Assembly (NCBI RefSeq): GCF_009914755.1
Contig: NC_060940.1
Length of the DNA stretch: 64,000 nucleotides
Direction: 5' to 3' (one strand)
Source of the DNA: the human T2T-CHM13v2.0 reference genome, Homo sapiens
The translations under genes were made by a program, and so were the position numbers. How positions within the stretch are numbered: the first letter of the stretch is position 1; every line of letters starts with the position of its first letter. Below the pieces are notes generated by a model. It had not been told where the DNA came from. It was given only the letters and a program-made list of their open reading frames with translations, and ran no database searches. This document shows, piece after piece, positions 1-18,270 of this stretch.

Positions 1-368
1 TAGGAGCACTCAGACTCATCAATGACTGTGCTGCCAGGGGATTTGTCGAGTTGGGACAGGAAGAAATTTTCTGTAGTTTGTAGAATGTTCCAGCTCAAGG
101 ACATTCAGCAGAAGAAATTAATCTTTCCTCATATTGGGATCTAGCAGGATTTCATCTGAGTCTCTCCAAAGCCTTGTAGGGTATGGCAGGCAGAATTGTT
201 CCCATTTTTGCAGATAGACAAACAGATGCTGGAAGAAGTTATGCGGCCAGAGTAACAGGATCCAGCCCACAGCTCAGACGCGATTCTTCTGACTGCGGCT
301 CGGAGCTCAAATGGAGAGGACCAAGTGCCTCAAACATTGTCATACAAACAACAAATCAAATGTAACTA

Positions 369-833
<465 letters not shown>

Positions 834-1387
834 CTAGATCTTCAGACATGTGCATCAACGCTAGAAGTCAGTAATTATATGAGAAATTAACCAGCAACTG
901 ATTCAAAGTATGTGTGGCCAATACTTGGCAGATCCCACAAACTATCATGTGCAAGCCAGATCAGCCCTCTGCCTGCCTGTGAGAGTTTCTAGTTGAGACA
1001 CAGCTGAGAACTTTCTCCCTCCCCTGAGTTTTCTCTCAGCTCATTACATGGTTTATGAACAAAATTAGAAAAGATCTGAGAAAGGCAACCAGAATCACTG
1101 TGAGCCATTATGAGACTGAGTGAGTGTCAGACATCAGAGGCCTATGATGGGGAGTGCTCTGTCCACACTCTATCAGACAGAATAAAGACCATTAGGACTT
1201 TTTTTTTCCCCCTAAAGAATCCTGAAATTGGTCCTTATTGAGACTAGGAGATCATGAACCATGAACTCCAAACCAACAAATTCACTGATCCATGCAGGTA
1301 TAAAGAAAGGGCTCTTCTGGATTGCTGTAGGCTGACACACAGACCTGGCAGCCTTGCTATGGGTTCTTCCCGGGCACCTCCACTTGC

Positions 1388-1491
1388 CTGTTGGCTGTGC
1401 TTGAATTGGAGATCCGGAAGCGGACCTGCTCGATGGCACTTCTCACTAGAGGGTCGTTCTGGTCCATGGACGGGTGCACCACCAGATCCAC
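1388..1491 (-). CDS. GTF3C1: GTF3C1 exon 13 (104 nt), [13 protein letters not shown]...NSSTAN(R), ending at a GC donor
   Basis: Acceptor ctccag|GTG; AG|GCAAGT gives the phase-2 junction matching exon 14 (ANR/VKT). Confidence 0.93.
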
Positions 1492-3862
1492 CTGGAGAGA
1501 GAGGTTGGAGCATCCCACAGGGTGAGGGAAGAGCTGAGGAAGACTTGGCTCCACAAGTCGATTCCTAGTGGAACCTCAGTCATACCTGTTTTCATTAACA
1601 TTTCCAAAACACGATTAGGAGATCGAAACAAAATTTGTTGCTCAACAGTTTGCTGGTACAGCTACTGGCGGCAAAATTCCTCAAGTGACCAAGCGATCAG
1701 GCTCTGCCATGGGTGCCGGGGCTGCTCGGTCCCACTGAGAAATCTGGCCTGGACACAGAGCTGTCTCCCTGCAAGTCCCTTACTGGGCCGTCACAGCCCA
1801 CTGGTCTCTGTTGCTACCTGGAGGGCTGCTCCGTGCCCCCTTCCCACTATCTGAGAATTTCCCAGTTGCTTGTGAGTCCTGAGGGCTTCCATCTGGAAAA
1901 GGTAAGCAGCTTTCATTAATCTACCCTTGCTGAGAGTGGCGTCATGGGACTCCTGCCAGGCACACGTCCAAACAAACCGGCAGAGGATTTAGAGCTGCTT
2001 TTGTTGTTTTACCTTTTCCGAGCTACTGAAGCTCAACAGTTAAGGTGGTTATCATTTCATGAGAGATACACAGGATGAAAAACAGACTGTGTGGAAGGGA
2101 AGTAACTTGAATGCCCAGCAGGGAGAGGTGGAGTGGGGCAGGGTGTGTGTGAGCACACCAGCCATGTTGTGGCAGGTGAGGACGGCCAGGCCCCCAGGGA
2201 GCCAGGCTTCTTGCCTGTCTCTGCTGAGGCCGGGGACAGCAAGGTCAGGCTGTCTGAGCATCCACTCTGGCCAGCAGCTTCATGCTGAACATGGGCTCAG
2301 AAAGATCTGGAAACAGGGGGCAGGAAGCAACGCCTAGACAAGGGCTCCCGAATGCCACACTTGGCTCATTTTCTCCGAATCCTCATTTGTGAAATAAGGA
2401 CCACCCTGCCCCCACCCCCAACCACCAGCTTTGTGGTTTTGTGAAGCTCAAATGAGACGCAGTAAGGCAACATTTCAGAGAATTCAAAGGCAAGGGAGAA
2501 ATATACAGCATTCACATTGCCCCACTTTCCGGGCAAGACACAGGAGCAAAGGCAAAAGACTGACACAGACGCACCAGCTCCAGCTCACATGGCCCCAGCA
2601 GATCAAAGGCTGCCAGCAGCACATGCTCTGGGTGCCAGAGAAAGTCCTGCCTGGAAACCTACGCTGGTACTAGAGTCACATGCACACGACGGAAGCCCCT
2701 TCCAGCCGGAAAAACCAGCTACTGTAGTGGGACCTTGTGGCAAGAGGCCTGGGCACTTTCATTTTTGAGGTTATGTGGCCCCCCATGCTTACCCGCTGCC
2801 CCCATCCCTCGCCCACTCCCTCCAGCAATGCCTGGAGACACAGCAGATGCCTATACCTTCCTGTCTCTCCCTAACCCTAGACTGGAGGGTGGGGGGTTCC
2901 TGTCTTCAGTGACTGCACTCTTTGAAGATCAACAGAAATAGAAGGCACTGCTACTACTGGGCTGCAGTTTTTCTTGGCCTTCTCTGAGGGAGGTCAGCAC
3001 AGGAACACACTGCCACTGCTCAGGGAACAAGTGGCAGGCTGGTGGGGGAGTGGGGAGCAGGGGGCCAGGGGACATTATTGTTTTATTTTAAAAATACTTA
3101 TAGCAGACATAAAAACTGATGAGAGCTGTCAATGTGGAAAGGATAGACACTGTTGTTTCTTAAGTTTTTTGTACTGCTCTGCAGTTTTCAAATTTCTCAA
3201 AAAATAAAAGCAGAAGAGCAAAAATGACCTTGCTAGCTTATTAAGAAAACAAAATATCAATGCAGAGCTTTCTTAAGGCAGAGATTTAAAATGCAGTCAG
3301 AAGAAAAGGTCAGGAAATTACGAGTGACTGTCCCCACACAACCATTCCCTTTGGCCCTGGTGCCTGGCTGTACCATCACAAATTACCCTGACCGTGAAAA
3401 ACGTGTGCCTTAGAATGTCCGTGAAGCTGCTGAGCTGCAGCTGCTATGGGAATGCATCCCCCCGCAAACTTTAAATTTTACAGAAATAGATATGTCGAGG
3501 CAGAAGAGATGTACTGCTCCCATCGGATAACCCGGCAGCGCATCCTCACTGACTCAATGCCATTGCTTCCTCTGGGATGTTGCCTCAGCTCTCCGAGGAA
3601 AGCATTCTTGCTGCTTAGTCTAAATTTCCCACCTAAATGTTATTTCATTTGTCCCTCAATGACTGAACTTCAATATGTCTCTGCCTGCCTTCTGCTTCTT
3701 CAAGGCTGACCACAGGGCTGGATGCCTGCACAGCTGCTGCTTGGAGTTGACATGCTTTACAATCCTAGCAAGTTTTTGCTCTTTTCTGTTTCCAGCTAAC
3801 CCATATTCCCCAAATCAGGAGGCATAATGGGAAATTCCAAGTCACTGGTAATAAAGCAACTA

Positions 3863-4159
<297 letters not shown>

Positions 4160-4566
4160 TCAACCCAGGCAACACAGACATGCCTCACGGTACCCAATAG
4201 AAACAAGGAAGGATCAAACGGGGTTTCCCCACCCTGGAAAGACTGATTTCTTGAGACGTTAATGATTGTTTCCCTCTGTGGCAAATGTATCAGGTAAGGA
4301 CAAGCCACCAAAGACAGCAGCTCCACAGCTGAGCCTTTCACCGGCAACTCAAGAGACTACGATTTGAGATCATGATGGCAGGGAAACTGGGCACCATGAT
4401 AGAAACCTGTCTTCACCAAGTCGAATGCTAATCTAACACCCAGATAAGGGCTGCTCTGGTTTATCACTAGCCCCTAAGATCTGAAGTGCATTTTGTCTTC
4501 TCTCTGGATACATCTTCCTCTAGGTCTTACTGAGTCACTATGGTGATCTTTCCAGATCACTGATCA

Positions 4567-4874
<308 letters not shown>

Positions 4875-5586
4875 ATAGAATACAGGGCCAAAAGGGACAT
4901 TAGGAGCACCTAGCTCAACCTCTCATGGCTCAGAGGCGAACAAGGTGACAGTGTGTGCAGATGGTCCCTACCCCCTCCCATTCAGTCCTCGTTAGACACG
5001 GAGTATGAGGAAGAAGCCATGTCCCTGATGGAGGGTAAGGCTCCTCCTCACCGAGTGGCTCTCACATTGGGTGCCTCAGAAGCGTTGAAGATGCCACCCA
5101 GGAGGTGGTGGTGATGGGAGCTTACAAGAACCACATCAGAGTTCAGAGCCTCTACTCCATCCCAAACAGAGAAGCTCTACTTGTGTCTCTTGTTTTTTCT
5201 CCTCTAGAAGACTCTATTTGCGCAAAATGCACCACGGAGAACTAAAAGTCTGGAAGTAATGCTACTACTCGCTTAAGTGTCTCCATAGCCCTTCTGAAGC
5301 AACCATCTTCCAGGTAAGGAAAAGCTGAACGCACTTTCCCTGTGACTTCTGCTTCCTGCTCAGTCATTTTCTCTCTGTCTAGCATGCTGATGTTCCTCAG
5401 TATCTGCTCCTTTTGAGGAGGAGATACTCCTCCATCCCTTTAGATGGTAGGGAGGACCATCTAAATCCTCCCTACCGCAAAGGAACGAGATGAGAATCTA
5501 CACAGTGGGACAGAGATTTGAATGCCCCTCAGTGGTGTCCATGGCTTGTGATGACCAACTGGTAGGAGGATTACTGTTAGTGCCAG

Positions 5587-5609
5587 CAGACAGACAGACA
5601 GACAGACAG
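5587..5609. repeat. (CAGA)5 microsatellite
   Basis: cagacagacagacagacagacag, 8 nt from the exon 11 donor. Confidence 0.9.
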
Positions 5610-5616
5610 CTCCTTA

Positions 5617-5754
<138 letters not shown>

Positions 5755-7370
5755 CTAGAACAGAGACCGAAAGCACAAGATGCAATGGGCTCGGCAAGGC
5801 TTGGGGGCCACGCACCACACCTGTGGGTGCACTGGCCCTCTTCAAGAAACTTCTACTCCCATCTTTCAAGAAGGGAAGCCAAGAAGCCTGTTCTCCTACA
5901 CAGAATCCCACTACTCTACCATCTCAATGCTTTGAAAATCAAAGACATTGGCCAGCAGAGGACCCCGGACCACTTTATGAGGATCAGCTGGTTTCAGGAC
6001 AGAAATCAGAGGCATCTACTCCAGCAACTCCTGAAAAGGTGGAAGGCGTTCCCTCAATTCCCCCTTGGTTCTCCCATACAGGAATGGAAGAAACTGATGT
6101 ACAGACAATTACATGCCAAGTATTGTTGGGCTTTTTTCTTCAAAAACTCTTAACACTTTTATCATCATAGTTCCCATTTTACAGAAGAAGAAACCAGGGC
6201 TCTGTGTGGCTAACTCTCCAGTGTCTCATGGGGAGTGAACGTGCCAGGATGGGGCCTCTGACTCCAGACGGAAGAAACCAGGGAAGTCTCTGGGCAAAAA
6301 GTGACATGAGGTAGAGCGGGGCTCTTGAGTTCAGAACAGGTTTCCTCGAGGAAAATTAGGATGAGTGGATCTGTGCTTCCTCTTCTATCCCCGCTAAATT
6401 GTCTGCTTCTCTTGTAATGTCTTTCTCTCTTAATGAGCTTAAAATGAACCTGTTTCACCCAACACTGGATCAAAATGTGAAAGCCCAAATGTGAACCCTA
6501 TATGGAAAAGAAATCCTAACTCTAATACACATCTTGTGAATCACTGGACCCAAGTCAATGCCTTATGGTAGCCCCAGGGCATGTTCTGCTTGCCACCTCC
6601 CAGCTGGGAGTAGCACTTTCAGGAAATGAGAAAGTGCCCAAGGAGGTCACTCGGTGATGGTGTCTGAACGGCCAGGCCCCAGCCCACTTCCCTGCCCACT
6701 GTGGGAGCTCCGGGCAAGACACAGTTCTTTGCTGAAGGGGGAAAGAATCAAAGATTCAAGAAGAGTCCCAAGAGGGGCAGAAAGTCTTTCGTTCACCTTC
6801 GTGCTTCAGGGTGAAAAGTTTGGGGGAAAACCACGTGAGTGAATCTAGCCAGTTTCCATGGGGCTGCTGGACAGCAAAGGCAACATGCTCTGCCAAGAGC
6901 CTCCCTGCAAACAGTTGGTGCCATTCTTCTCAGCAAGGATGCGGGGAGGACCATGGTGCTGCCATTACTCTGGGAATGGACTTCCATCAGAGAGAGGAAG
7001 AGCTGAACTGGAAACAAGTCAGGGACTTTAAGACCTGGTGGGAATGCACAGAGGTGCAAAGGGGATGGCAGAGGGAGGAAGGCAGGCGGGACTCCAGGGG
7101 AGCTGCTGGGCTCCACTGCTGGAAGGCCCGGCCTCTCTGGTTAGAAACAATGCCAATCCTGACTCCATAGAGAGTTGTGGCATCCAATAAATAGAAAAGG
7201 CCTGAAAGAGTCTAGAAAAAAATCAACGCCACGCCCCATCACCTCTGCCATAGGAACACTTCCAAAGCACAAAAAGGGAGAAGCGGCGTAGGGTAGGGAC
7301 TGCACAGGCAAGTTACTCCATCCTAGGGGCCTCGCTTTCTTCTCACAGACCAAAGCTCACATTGACCTTA

Positions 7371-7720
<350 letters not shown>

Positions 7721-8093
7721 AGAAACAGCAGCAACACCATCAAAAGCCACCCGAGACCATGCATCTACTCCGTGCTAGGTGCCTCGTTCTCTACTCAGTG
7801 TTTCCAAAATACAGGGGGTGGCACTGGCAGTGTCTGGGGTACTGTTATGTCACAAGTGTTGACATGGTATTAGGTGAACCGAATCACATAATGGGAAAGA
7901 CATTCCTTATCAACTGTCTTTTAATCCTTCCAATTATATTGACGAAAGTACTGGTTTGACTTCACTGTGTCTTTAACTCCTTGATATATAACAGTAACTG
8001 GCTGGAATGTACTAATACAGTTTTGACTTTATTGTATCTATTCTATGATTACTTTCTTTTTTATGACAAATGATATTGGCCATTTATCTAAAG

Positions 8094-8357
8094 CAGAGTT
8101 TCTCCACCTTGCCAGTGCTGACATTTGGGCCAGGAAATTCTCTGCTGTGAAGCACTGTCCTGTGTATTGTAGGATGTTTAACAGCATTCTAACCTCTCCC
8201 TATTGGATGCCAGTAGCAGCCCCTCCCTAAGTGTGGCACTGAGAACTGTCTCCAGATATTGCGAAATGTCTCCTATGGGTAAATGCCAATCCTGACTCCA
8301 TAGAGAGTTGTGACATCCAATGAACAGAAAAGGGGTAAAACTGGGTAAGAACCATTG
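8094..8357 (-). mobile_element. MER20 (hAT-Charlie), full length, with internal ~50-bp insertion
   Basis: Matches recalled MER20 consensus; termini cagagtttctc...agaaccattg; 8-bp TSD atctaaag/atctaaat. Confidence 0.85.
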
Positions 8358-8591
8358 ATCTAAATTAGGCATACAGGTTTCCCTCTAAAATAAATCTAAC
8401 TGAAAAGAATAAGCTGTTGGAAATGAATAAGCCACTGGGTGGATAACCATGCAGACAATCTCTGCGTAGGGCCCAGGCTGCGTGAAAGTGGTGTGTAGAT
8501 AAGCACAGAGCTACTGCCTGGGAAGCACAGGCAGGCCTCGGCACGCAGCACTCTCGCTGTGGATGATTCCACTGTGATCATGTGATTCCTA

Positions 8592-8903
<312 letters not shown>

Positions 8904-9048
8904 TCAAGGGGGAGGCCAGGAGGGCATTCATGTTTGGCAATCAGACCAGACCCACACAGGCCAAAGGATTCTGCTGAGAGTCAGTTGAAAGGTGAGGGAA
9001 GTGGACCAGCAGCAGCTTGGGCCCCTCCTTCTGGCCTCTCATCGGCAG

Positions 9049-9215
9049 CAGGGTTTCTCCACTTGGCCAGTGCTGATGTCTGGGCTGGGTAATTCTCTGC
9101 TGTCAGGGGCTGTCCTGTGTATTGCAGGATGTTAAACAGCATCCTGGCCTCTACCTACAAAATGCCAGTAAGAGTCCCTCCCTAAGCTGGACATTTAACG
9201 ATGTCCCCAGGGGGC
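9049..9215 (-). mobile_element. MER20, truncated second copy
   Basis: cagggtttctcc...ctgtcctgtgtattgcaggatgtt...tgccagta; no TSD seen. Confidence 0.8.
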
Positions 9216-9366
9216 TCAGAGCTGGGTACCAGATTTGCAAATGTGTCATCAGCACCACTCTCTATGCATTTAAAAAAAGTTTTCTATAACTAAACTAAAA
9301 ACTTGGAGGAGTCTTAGACTGTTGGAAGGGAAGGGGCAGAGGAAGCTTATGAAATTCCATCCTTTA

Positions 9367-9915
<549 letters not shown>

Positions 9916-10774
9916 CTAGAGGGAATAAGATGTGTTTATCCCACTGCAAAGAGGGCGTCATACCCACAGGGGTTCAGGTGGTCTGTGGCATCTATTTCCT
10001 TATTGGCTTTCTTCTGTTTCTCCTGTCTTACTGCCTGGGCCCTGGGTTGGGCACCACTGATGCTCCCTCCAGGCTCTTCCTCTCTGTAATCCCCCAGGTC
10101 TTCCTTCCACAGAGATCCTTCTCTGAAGTACAACCCTGAATGTGTGTCTGCTCTATGAGGCTATGAGCTTCTCAGGGACAGGGCTCTGACTTAACCTTCC
10201 ATATAGCCCCAGTGGCTGGGACAGGACGTGGCCCACACAAAATGGACAGTACGCAGCAAGCATTTGTGATGCAGACTGAAAAGTTAGACTGTGGAACGCA
10301 AGCTCCACTTAGCCACTGCCATGAGGATTTGTCGACTGGGCATCAGTGATCCACACCCATTTTAACGTCTAGAACAGGGCAAGGGGCTCTTCCCAGGGCC
10401 TTTGATAGGAAAAGAGTAACATCTAGGTACTATCACATGCCAGGGATGGGGCTAAGTGTGCTGCAGTCACTCACCCAACTATAATACTGCCTTCCAGCCA
10501 GATGACCAGATCGTGAGCAAGATGAGAGTGGCATGTCAGGGGCTGAGACCACAGGTCTGAATTACAAAAGAGTGCCAGACAGGCATAGCTGGCCAACTCG
10601 ATGTCCCCAGGTGCCAGGCAAGTAACATGCATAAGAAGGAGGGCCAAGTGGGGATGGTGGAACCCTGGAGAGCACTGCTTTGTCTGAAGCACGTGGACAG
10701 AGAGTGGCCAGCCCCAGCTGACTGTCCCCATGTGGGAGTAGGCTCCCGGGGTGGCCACATCACCTTCTGACTAC

Positions 10775-11106
<332 letters not shown>

Positions 11107-11289
11107 TGAAGACAAACAGAAACTACAGTGAAGGCGAGACATAACATGGCTATGGACTGCACTCAGCCCTGGGGAGGCCATTTGCCTCCTTGACACAGAT
11201 GTCAGGCCATCGAGTCTTCTGACTGAGATGCTCGTTCTCAAATACACTGCAAGCACCTCCAAAGACAACGAGTGTTGGGGGAAGGCTCA

Positions 11290-11517
<228 letters not shown>

Positions 11518-12234
11518 TTAACAGACAGAACAAAACATACGCCATTTCTCTCCCTTATCCTCCCAAGCGTGCTTCCCTCCCAAGCCTCTGAGTAATATAC
11601 TATACTAGGCTAGTAATACTAACAGCTAATGTTTGAATGCTTACTATCTCATGGCCCCACGTTAAAACACTAAATGTCAGGTGATCAACAGCTGAAATAC
11701 TAAAATGCAAGAACCCAATAGGTTTTACCCAACGGCAGGAAATTAGCCCTTTCGCATGAATGAACTGTTTCAGATCAATGAAATTGACCTCTTTAAGAAG
11801 CATCAAAATAATTTTTAATTCAGAACTTTTCTTAATGTGTATTCTTCATTTCCCAGTATTTCTTGATAGACACAGAGGCATTGTGGACACTGACTACTGC
11901 ACTGTCCCATAAGAGTCGTGCAAGCGAGGACTTTGAAAGGAAATGGTATTCCTCAGCCCTGGAGTAAATGACTCGCAGACCACTGGCCCCCGCTGTTGCT
12001 GTGTGTAGCTTGTCTACTCCTGGGCTGTCACAAGCTGGTGTATGTCAGGATTGTGAGTATATCTGCCGCTCAGAGGCCCTTTAAATGCATCCTACTAAGC
12101 TGGAACTAAGAACTCCAGGAAGGAGTCGGCTTAGGAACTGGGAGGTGGGCAGGGAGTCCCAGCAGTAAAGCACATGAGCCGCAAGGCAGACTTGGTTGCA
12201 AAGCTCTTTGACTTTTCAGAAGTATCTTCCTCTT

Positions 12235-13332
<1,098 letters not shown>

Positions 13333-13788
13333 TTAAGGGCAGCATTTCCCCAGCTGTGTTGTGTGGAACCCATTCTGAGGGACGTCAAGGGAGCTACCAA
13401 ACAGCCCTCCAGAAAGGTTGGGCCGACCCAACAGCTCAATCAGATCCCTTGCAGCCACTTCACCTTCTGCTCTGTCCTCCTCCCTGCAGGAACCTGAGGC
13501 CACACCGCCTGTGACACTAGGCCACTGATGTCCCACACAGAAGTTAGGGGACCTGGGGGAAGGGTTAGGAATGGGAGAGAATGTTTTCTTTGCCCATTCA
13601 TCATAAATTCCGGGCCTGTGGTAACTCCAGACCAATCTTAGAAAACAACAGGTAGCTCTTGAACCTTTGAATAATAATAGTAATAGCTTTCTTCTTCTCA
13701 GTGCTTTCTATGCACCAGGCCCTATAGCAGCTCTTTTAATTTGATGTCATTTATCCTCATAATGTGCTAGTGTGGATACTTTCACCAC

Positions 13789-14265
13789 GTGATGGTTAAC
13801 CTTAGGTGTCAATGGGACTGGATTAAGGGATACCCAGATCACTGGTCAGGTTTTATCTCTGGGTGTGTCTGTGATGGTGTTTCTGAAGGAGATTGGTGTG
13901 TAGCTCAGTGGACTAAGTGGGACAGATCTGCCCTCCATGCAGGCAGGCACCATCCAATCAGCCAGGGGCCCAGACAGAACAAGAAGCCAGAGGAAGGCGA
14001 ACTTGCCCTCTCTCTCTTCTGGAGCTGCAGCCCCCTCTTCTGCTGCTCTTGGCCATCAGAACTCCAGGCTCTCCAGCCTTAGGTAACTGGGACCTGCCCC
14101 CACGGCTTCCCTAGTTCTGACGCTTCCCTGGGCCTCCAGCTCGCAGACGAGCTAGTGCGACTTCTCAGCATTCATAATTGCATGAGCCAATTACCTTAAT
14201 AAGCTCCCTCTTATATATCTATGTTTATTTTTCCTACTGATTCTGTGTCTCTGGAGAACTCTAAG
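13789..14265 (+). mobile_element. MLT2-family (ERVL) solo LTR, flanked by MIR-like pieces
   Basis: tgatggttaa..ttaggtgtcaa..gactggattaagggatacccagat... through ...tctgtgtctctggagaactct resembles the recalled MLT2 consensus. Confidence 0.8.
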
Positions 14266-14507
14266 ATGCCTGCTTTACAGATGAGGAAATGGGACTCAGA
14301 GACCTCATTAAAATCATATGGCTAAGTGGCAGAGCAAGGATTCAAACTCCAATCTGACCTTGAAGCCTAAACCCTTCTGGGGAACCAAGGCACTTCCCAT
14401 TGTATTACATTCTCTATAGCAGAGCTCTCTCTCGACATGTGGGCAAAGCGCTTCTTGACTCAAATTCTCGGGATCCATATCCAAGCTGGCATGGGAACAA
14501 GACTTAC

Positions 14508-14660
14508 TGAGGTCGTAGGTCTGTGTGAGCATATCCCGCTCGAACACAATGTCCACTGGAGGCACTGTCTTGGAGATGACCTCCTCGTCCTCGTCATCAT
14601 CATGGTCATTCCGTTTAAATTCCTTCAGCAGCTTGAGGCACCGAACCATGACGTCGGTCC
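14508..14660 (-). CDS. GTF3C1: GTF3C1 exon 7 (153 nt), [11 protein letters not shown]...DDDEDEE...QTYDL(I)
   Basis: Acceptor gccag|GG, donor CA|GTAAGT; phase 1 to 1. Confidence 0.96.
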
Positions 14661-15099
14661 CTGGCAACACAAGCACGGGTTTGCCAGCAATGAGTGAAAG
14701 CAGTGCTGCGTGGGGGAGGTGAGGGGTTCTGAAATATCACAGCACATGTCAGCAGAGACAGAGATCCCCACAAAGGTCACACATATCACCGTGTCTGGAC
14801 TTTTAAAAATGGCTCATCTTGGGCCACAAGACCTGAAAATGTATTCCATAAAGCTGCTTTTTGTTTTTAGAAGAATGAGTGAAGAAAGCAATGCAAATGG
14901 AAGGAATAACGAGGTGCTATTAGTCCTGTTAAATCAATAGTCAGTCACCTTCTCCTGCTGGAGACCAGCTCCATGACAACAGGAGACGCGCCTGTCTCTT
15001 CCTGTTCCCTTCCCAGCACCCAGGACACGGCCCACACTCAGGAGGCACGCGAGCAGTATTTGCCAAAAGGATGAAAAGCATCTTTTTCCTTTTAAGCTA

Positions 15100-15540
15100 A
15101 TACTCACTGCCAATAAGGTGTGGCAGCAGTGTAAACGAGCTGTATAACCCTTCTAGAGCATTTCAAGGGGATTTTATAATGATTCCAAGTGTAAATATTT
15201 ATTCCAAGAAAACAACTCAAAAAGAGGCAAAGCCTATCAGTACTAATAGATCTACTACAGCACTCTTTATAGCATCAGAGCGATCTTATGCATACTACAA
15301 AAAAACCAGCAATGGGGGTGGAGGGGTGGCATACCTACCAGCCATCTCACTTTCTGTGGACTAGTGTGTGCATTCAAATCATCACACTGTGTGATGCATC
15401 TATATTGCAACCTACAAAAGTAAAACATGCGAAAAAAATAACAAACTTGTGCCTACGGCTATAACGAGAGAAAGATATACGTATATGTAGGTAAGAACTA
15501 GAAAAGGTACAAGGAAAAATGGGGACTTCTTGATACTTGA
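15100..15540 (+). mobile_element. Old L1 (L1ME-like) 3' fragment
   Basis: Degenerate similarity to L1M 3' region; A-rich. Confidence 0.4.
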
Positions 15541-15696
15541 CATGAGCTACTCATTTGGTTCCAACAACCCTCGGATGAAGATGCTAGGGAACCAGAGGGG
15601 TTGAATAACTTGTCCAAGCTCCTGACAGCTTGTAAGTGACGGGAAAAATGACTCAGTCACGGTCATAGGTCTCCAACATGAACACCAAGATATCCT

Positions 15697-16524
15697 GTGA
15701 TACGCGACAACCTGGAGCGGGACAACCACCCTGTAAAGATGTTCACGTCTTCATCCCCAAAACATGTGAACATGTTGCCTTCCATGGCCAAAGGGACTTG
15801 GCAGAAGTGATTAAATTAAGGCATTGTGGATTTTTGAGGGTCACTGTTGCCAGGGTGAAGTTAAGAATTTTGAGGTAAGATTATCCTCGATTATCTGGGT
15901 GGGCTCAATGTAGTATCACAGAGTCCTTAGGCTGGGCATGGTGGCTCACATCTGTAATCTCAGCACTTTGGGAGGCCAAAGCGGGGAGGATCACTTGAGC
16001 CCAGGAGTTTGACACCAGCCTTGGCAGCACAGCAAGACCCAACTCTACAAAAAATGTTTAAAATCGGCCAGGTGTGGTAACATGTGCCTGTAGTCCCAGC
16101 TACTCAGGAGGCTGAAGTGAGAGGATTGCTTGAGCCTGGGAGGTCGAGGTTGCAGTGAGCCAAGCTCGCACCACTGCACTCCAGCCTAGGTGACAGAGTG
16201 AGACCCTGTCTCAAAATAAAACACTGAACAACAACAACAAAAAGTCGTTAAAAGAGAGGCAGTAGGATCAGCGTGAGAGACTGGAAGATGCTACACTGTT
16301 AGATCTGAAGACAGAGGAAGGGACCACAACCCAGGGAATGCAGGTGCCTCCTAGAAACCAAAAAAGGCCAGGGAATGAATTCTCTTCTAAAGCCTCCGGA
16401 AGGAACACTGCCCCGCAAACATCTTGATTTTACCCCAGCGAAAGCCATTTCAGATAGCAATAAATCTGTGTGGTTTGAAGTCACTAGGTTGGTGGTAATT
16501 TGTTACAGTAGTCATAAGAATAAC
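15697..16524 (+). mobile_element. MLT1-family (ERVL-MaLR) LTR interrupted by an AluJ (15930-16242)
   Basis: aaagggacttggcagaagtgattaaattaagg, gattatctgggtgggctcaatgta and terminal ggtaatttgttacag are MLT1 hallmarks. Confidence 0.8.
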
Positions 16525-17921
16525 AGGGACAGCTTCTCCACCAGCTTTCATCAGCACATCGATGCACAGAATCCTGGGTGCTACGGCAAGGAGTGGGCAC
16601 TGACGCTGGCCCTGGAGCCCAGCCCTCTAGTACAGAACCCTGCCCGTGAAGTGTGAAATGCCATCCCCAACAGCACAGAAGACTGAGGTCCGAGGAAAGT
16701 CAGGCCCAACCACCTCCACTCAAGCAGGAGGTTCTTTTGGGGGCAGAGCATGTGGCTTGCAGTTGAAGTTCACAAATAAGCATCTCAGGGCCTGGAACTC
16801 AGGAGATGCCTGGAACTCAACAGACCTCTGGAGACACTCTAACGGGGGCCAGCCTAGGGCAAGAGGCCAGCAGAAGTGGTCCCCAGGCACCAACCTTGTG
16901 TTGACCCCTCCACTCCTCACAGCATCAGAAAGTCCCCCAGGGCATGGCTTTTCATTAGAGGCAATCTAAGGCCCCGGCGCAAGCCTGAAGACTCTGCTTC
17001 TGCTGGCTCCCCGCCGGGGCTCCTGCCGTCCCTCTTGGCTCTGCCCTGTGCTCCAGGCCCCTGCCCTGCCCTCTCCTGCAATCCCTCTCTTTCAGAATGG
17101 GAGGCTTAAGCAATCAGGAGGGGAAGTATGGGGACAAGGAGACTTTCGGGACTGTGGACATGAGCAAGAACTATCTGAAGGCTCGGGCACTGGGACAGGG
17201 TCACAGTGCCAGGCTCCCTTTCTACAAGCAGCACCTCTAGCAGCTGGTGGTCAACACACCCAGCACACAGGAAGACCAGACCACCATGCCATTCCCCCCT
17301 AGACTGTCCTCTAGACAAGCCCCTCCCAACCCCCATCCTACCATGCTGCTCACATGAGCAACCTATGGCTCCTAATAACACTACGACCATTTATCCATTA
17401 CTATATCCTGGATGCTGTCCTAGGCTCCCCGTGTACCCTATGAACTGACCCTCACCATGGCCTGAGGAGGTAAGGGTGATCATTCCAGTCCCACATGAGA
17501 ACACTAAGGAGCCAAGGAATTCACACAAACAAATGCCCCTTTGCTAGTGAGAAGGTGGCATTTACCAGGCAGTCTGGCTCTGGAGCCCAGGCTCTAAACC
17601 TTTGGTTTAGACGCCCCTGATTCAAAACGTCCCTGTGACTGAGAATAGAAGAGCGGCGCGGCGCCAGGGACGCTGGCTTCTGCCTGAGCAGCAGCACGAC
17701 ACAGCACTTGGGGGAGTCAGACCTGAGGCGCCCTCAGCCAGTGGCCCAGCGCTATTTCTTCTCCTTTTAAGCTTCCTTAAGAGGCTAATTGGCTAGGAAA
17801 AGATACACAGGACAGCTCTCAAAATAAACACGGGTGGAAGGCAAGAAACGGTACTAGTAAACTCATGACTCAGTGGGCAAAAAAGAGAAAAAGCCTCATA
17901 GTCTTCAAAGCTTCTGATCTT

Positions 17922-18270
<349 letters not shown>

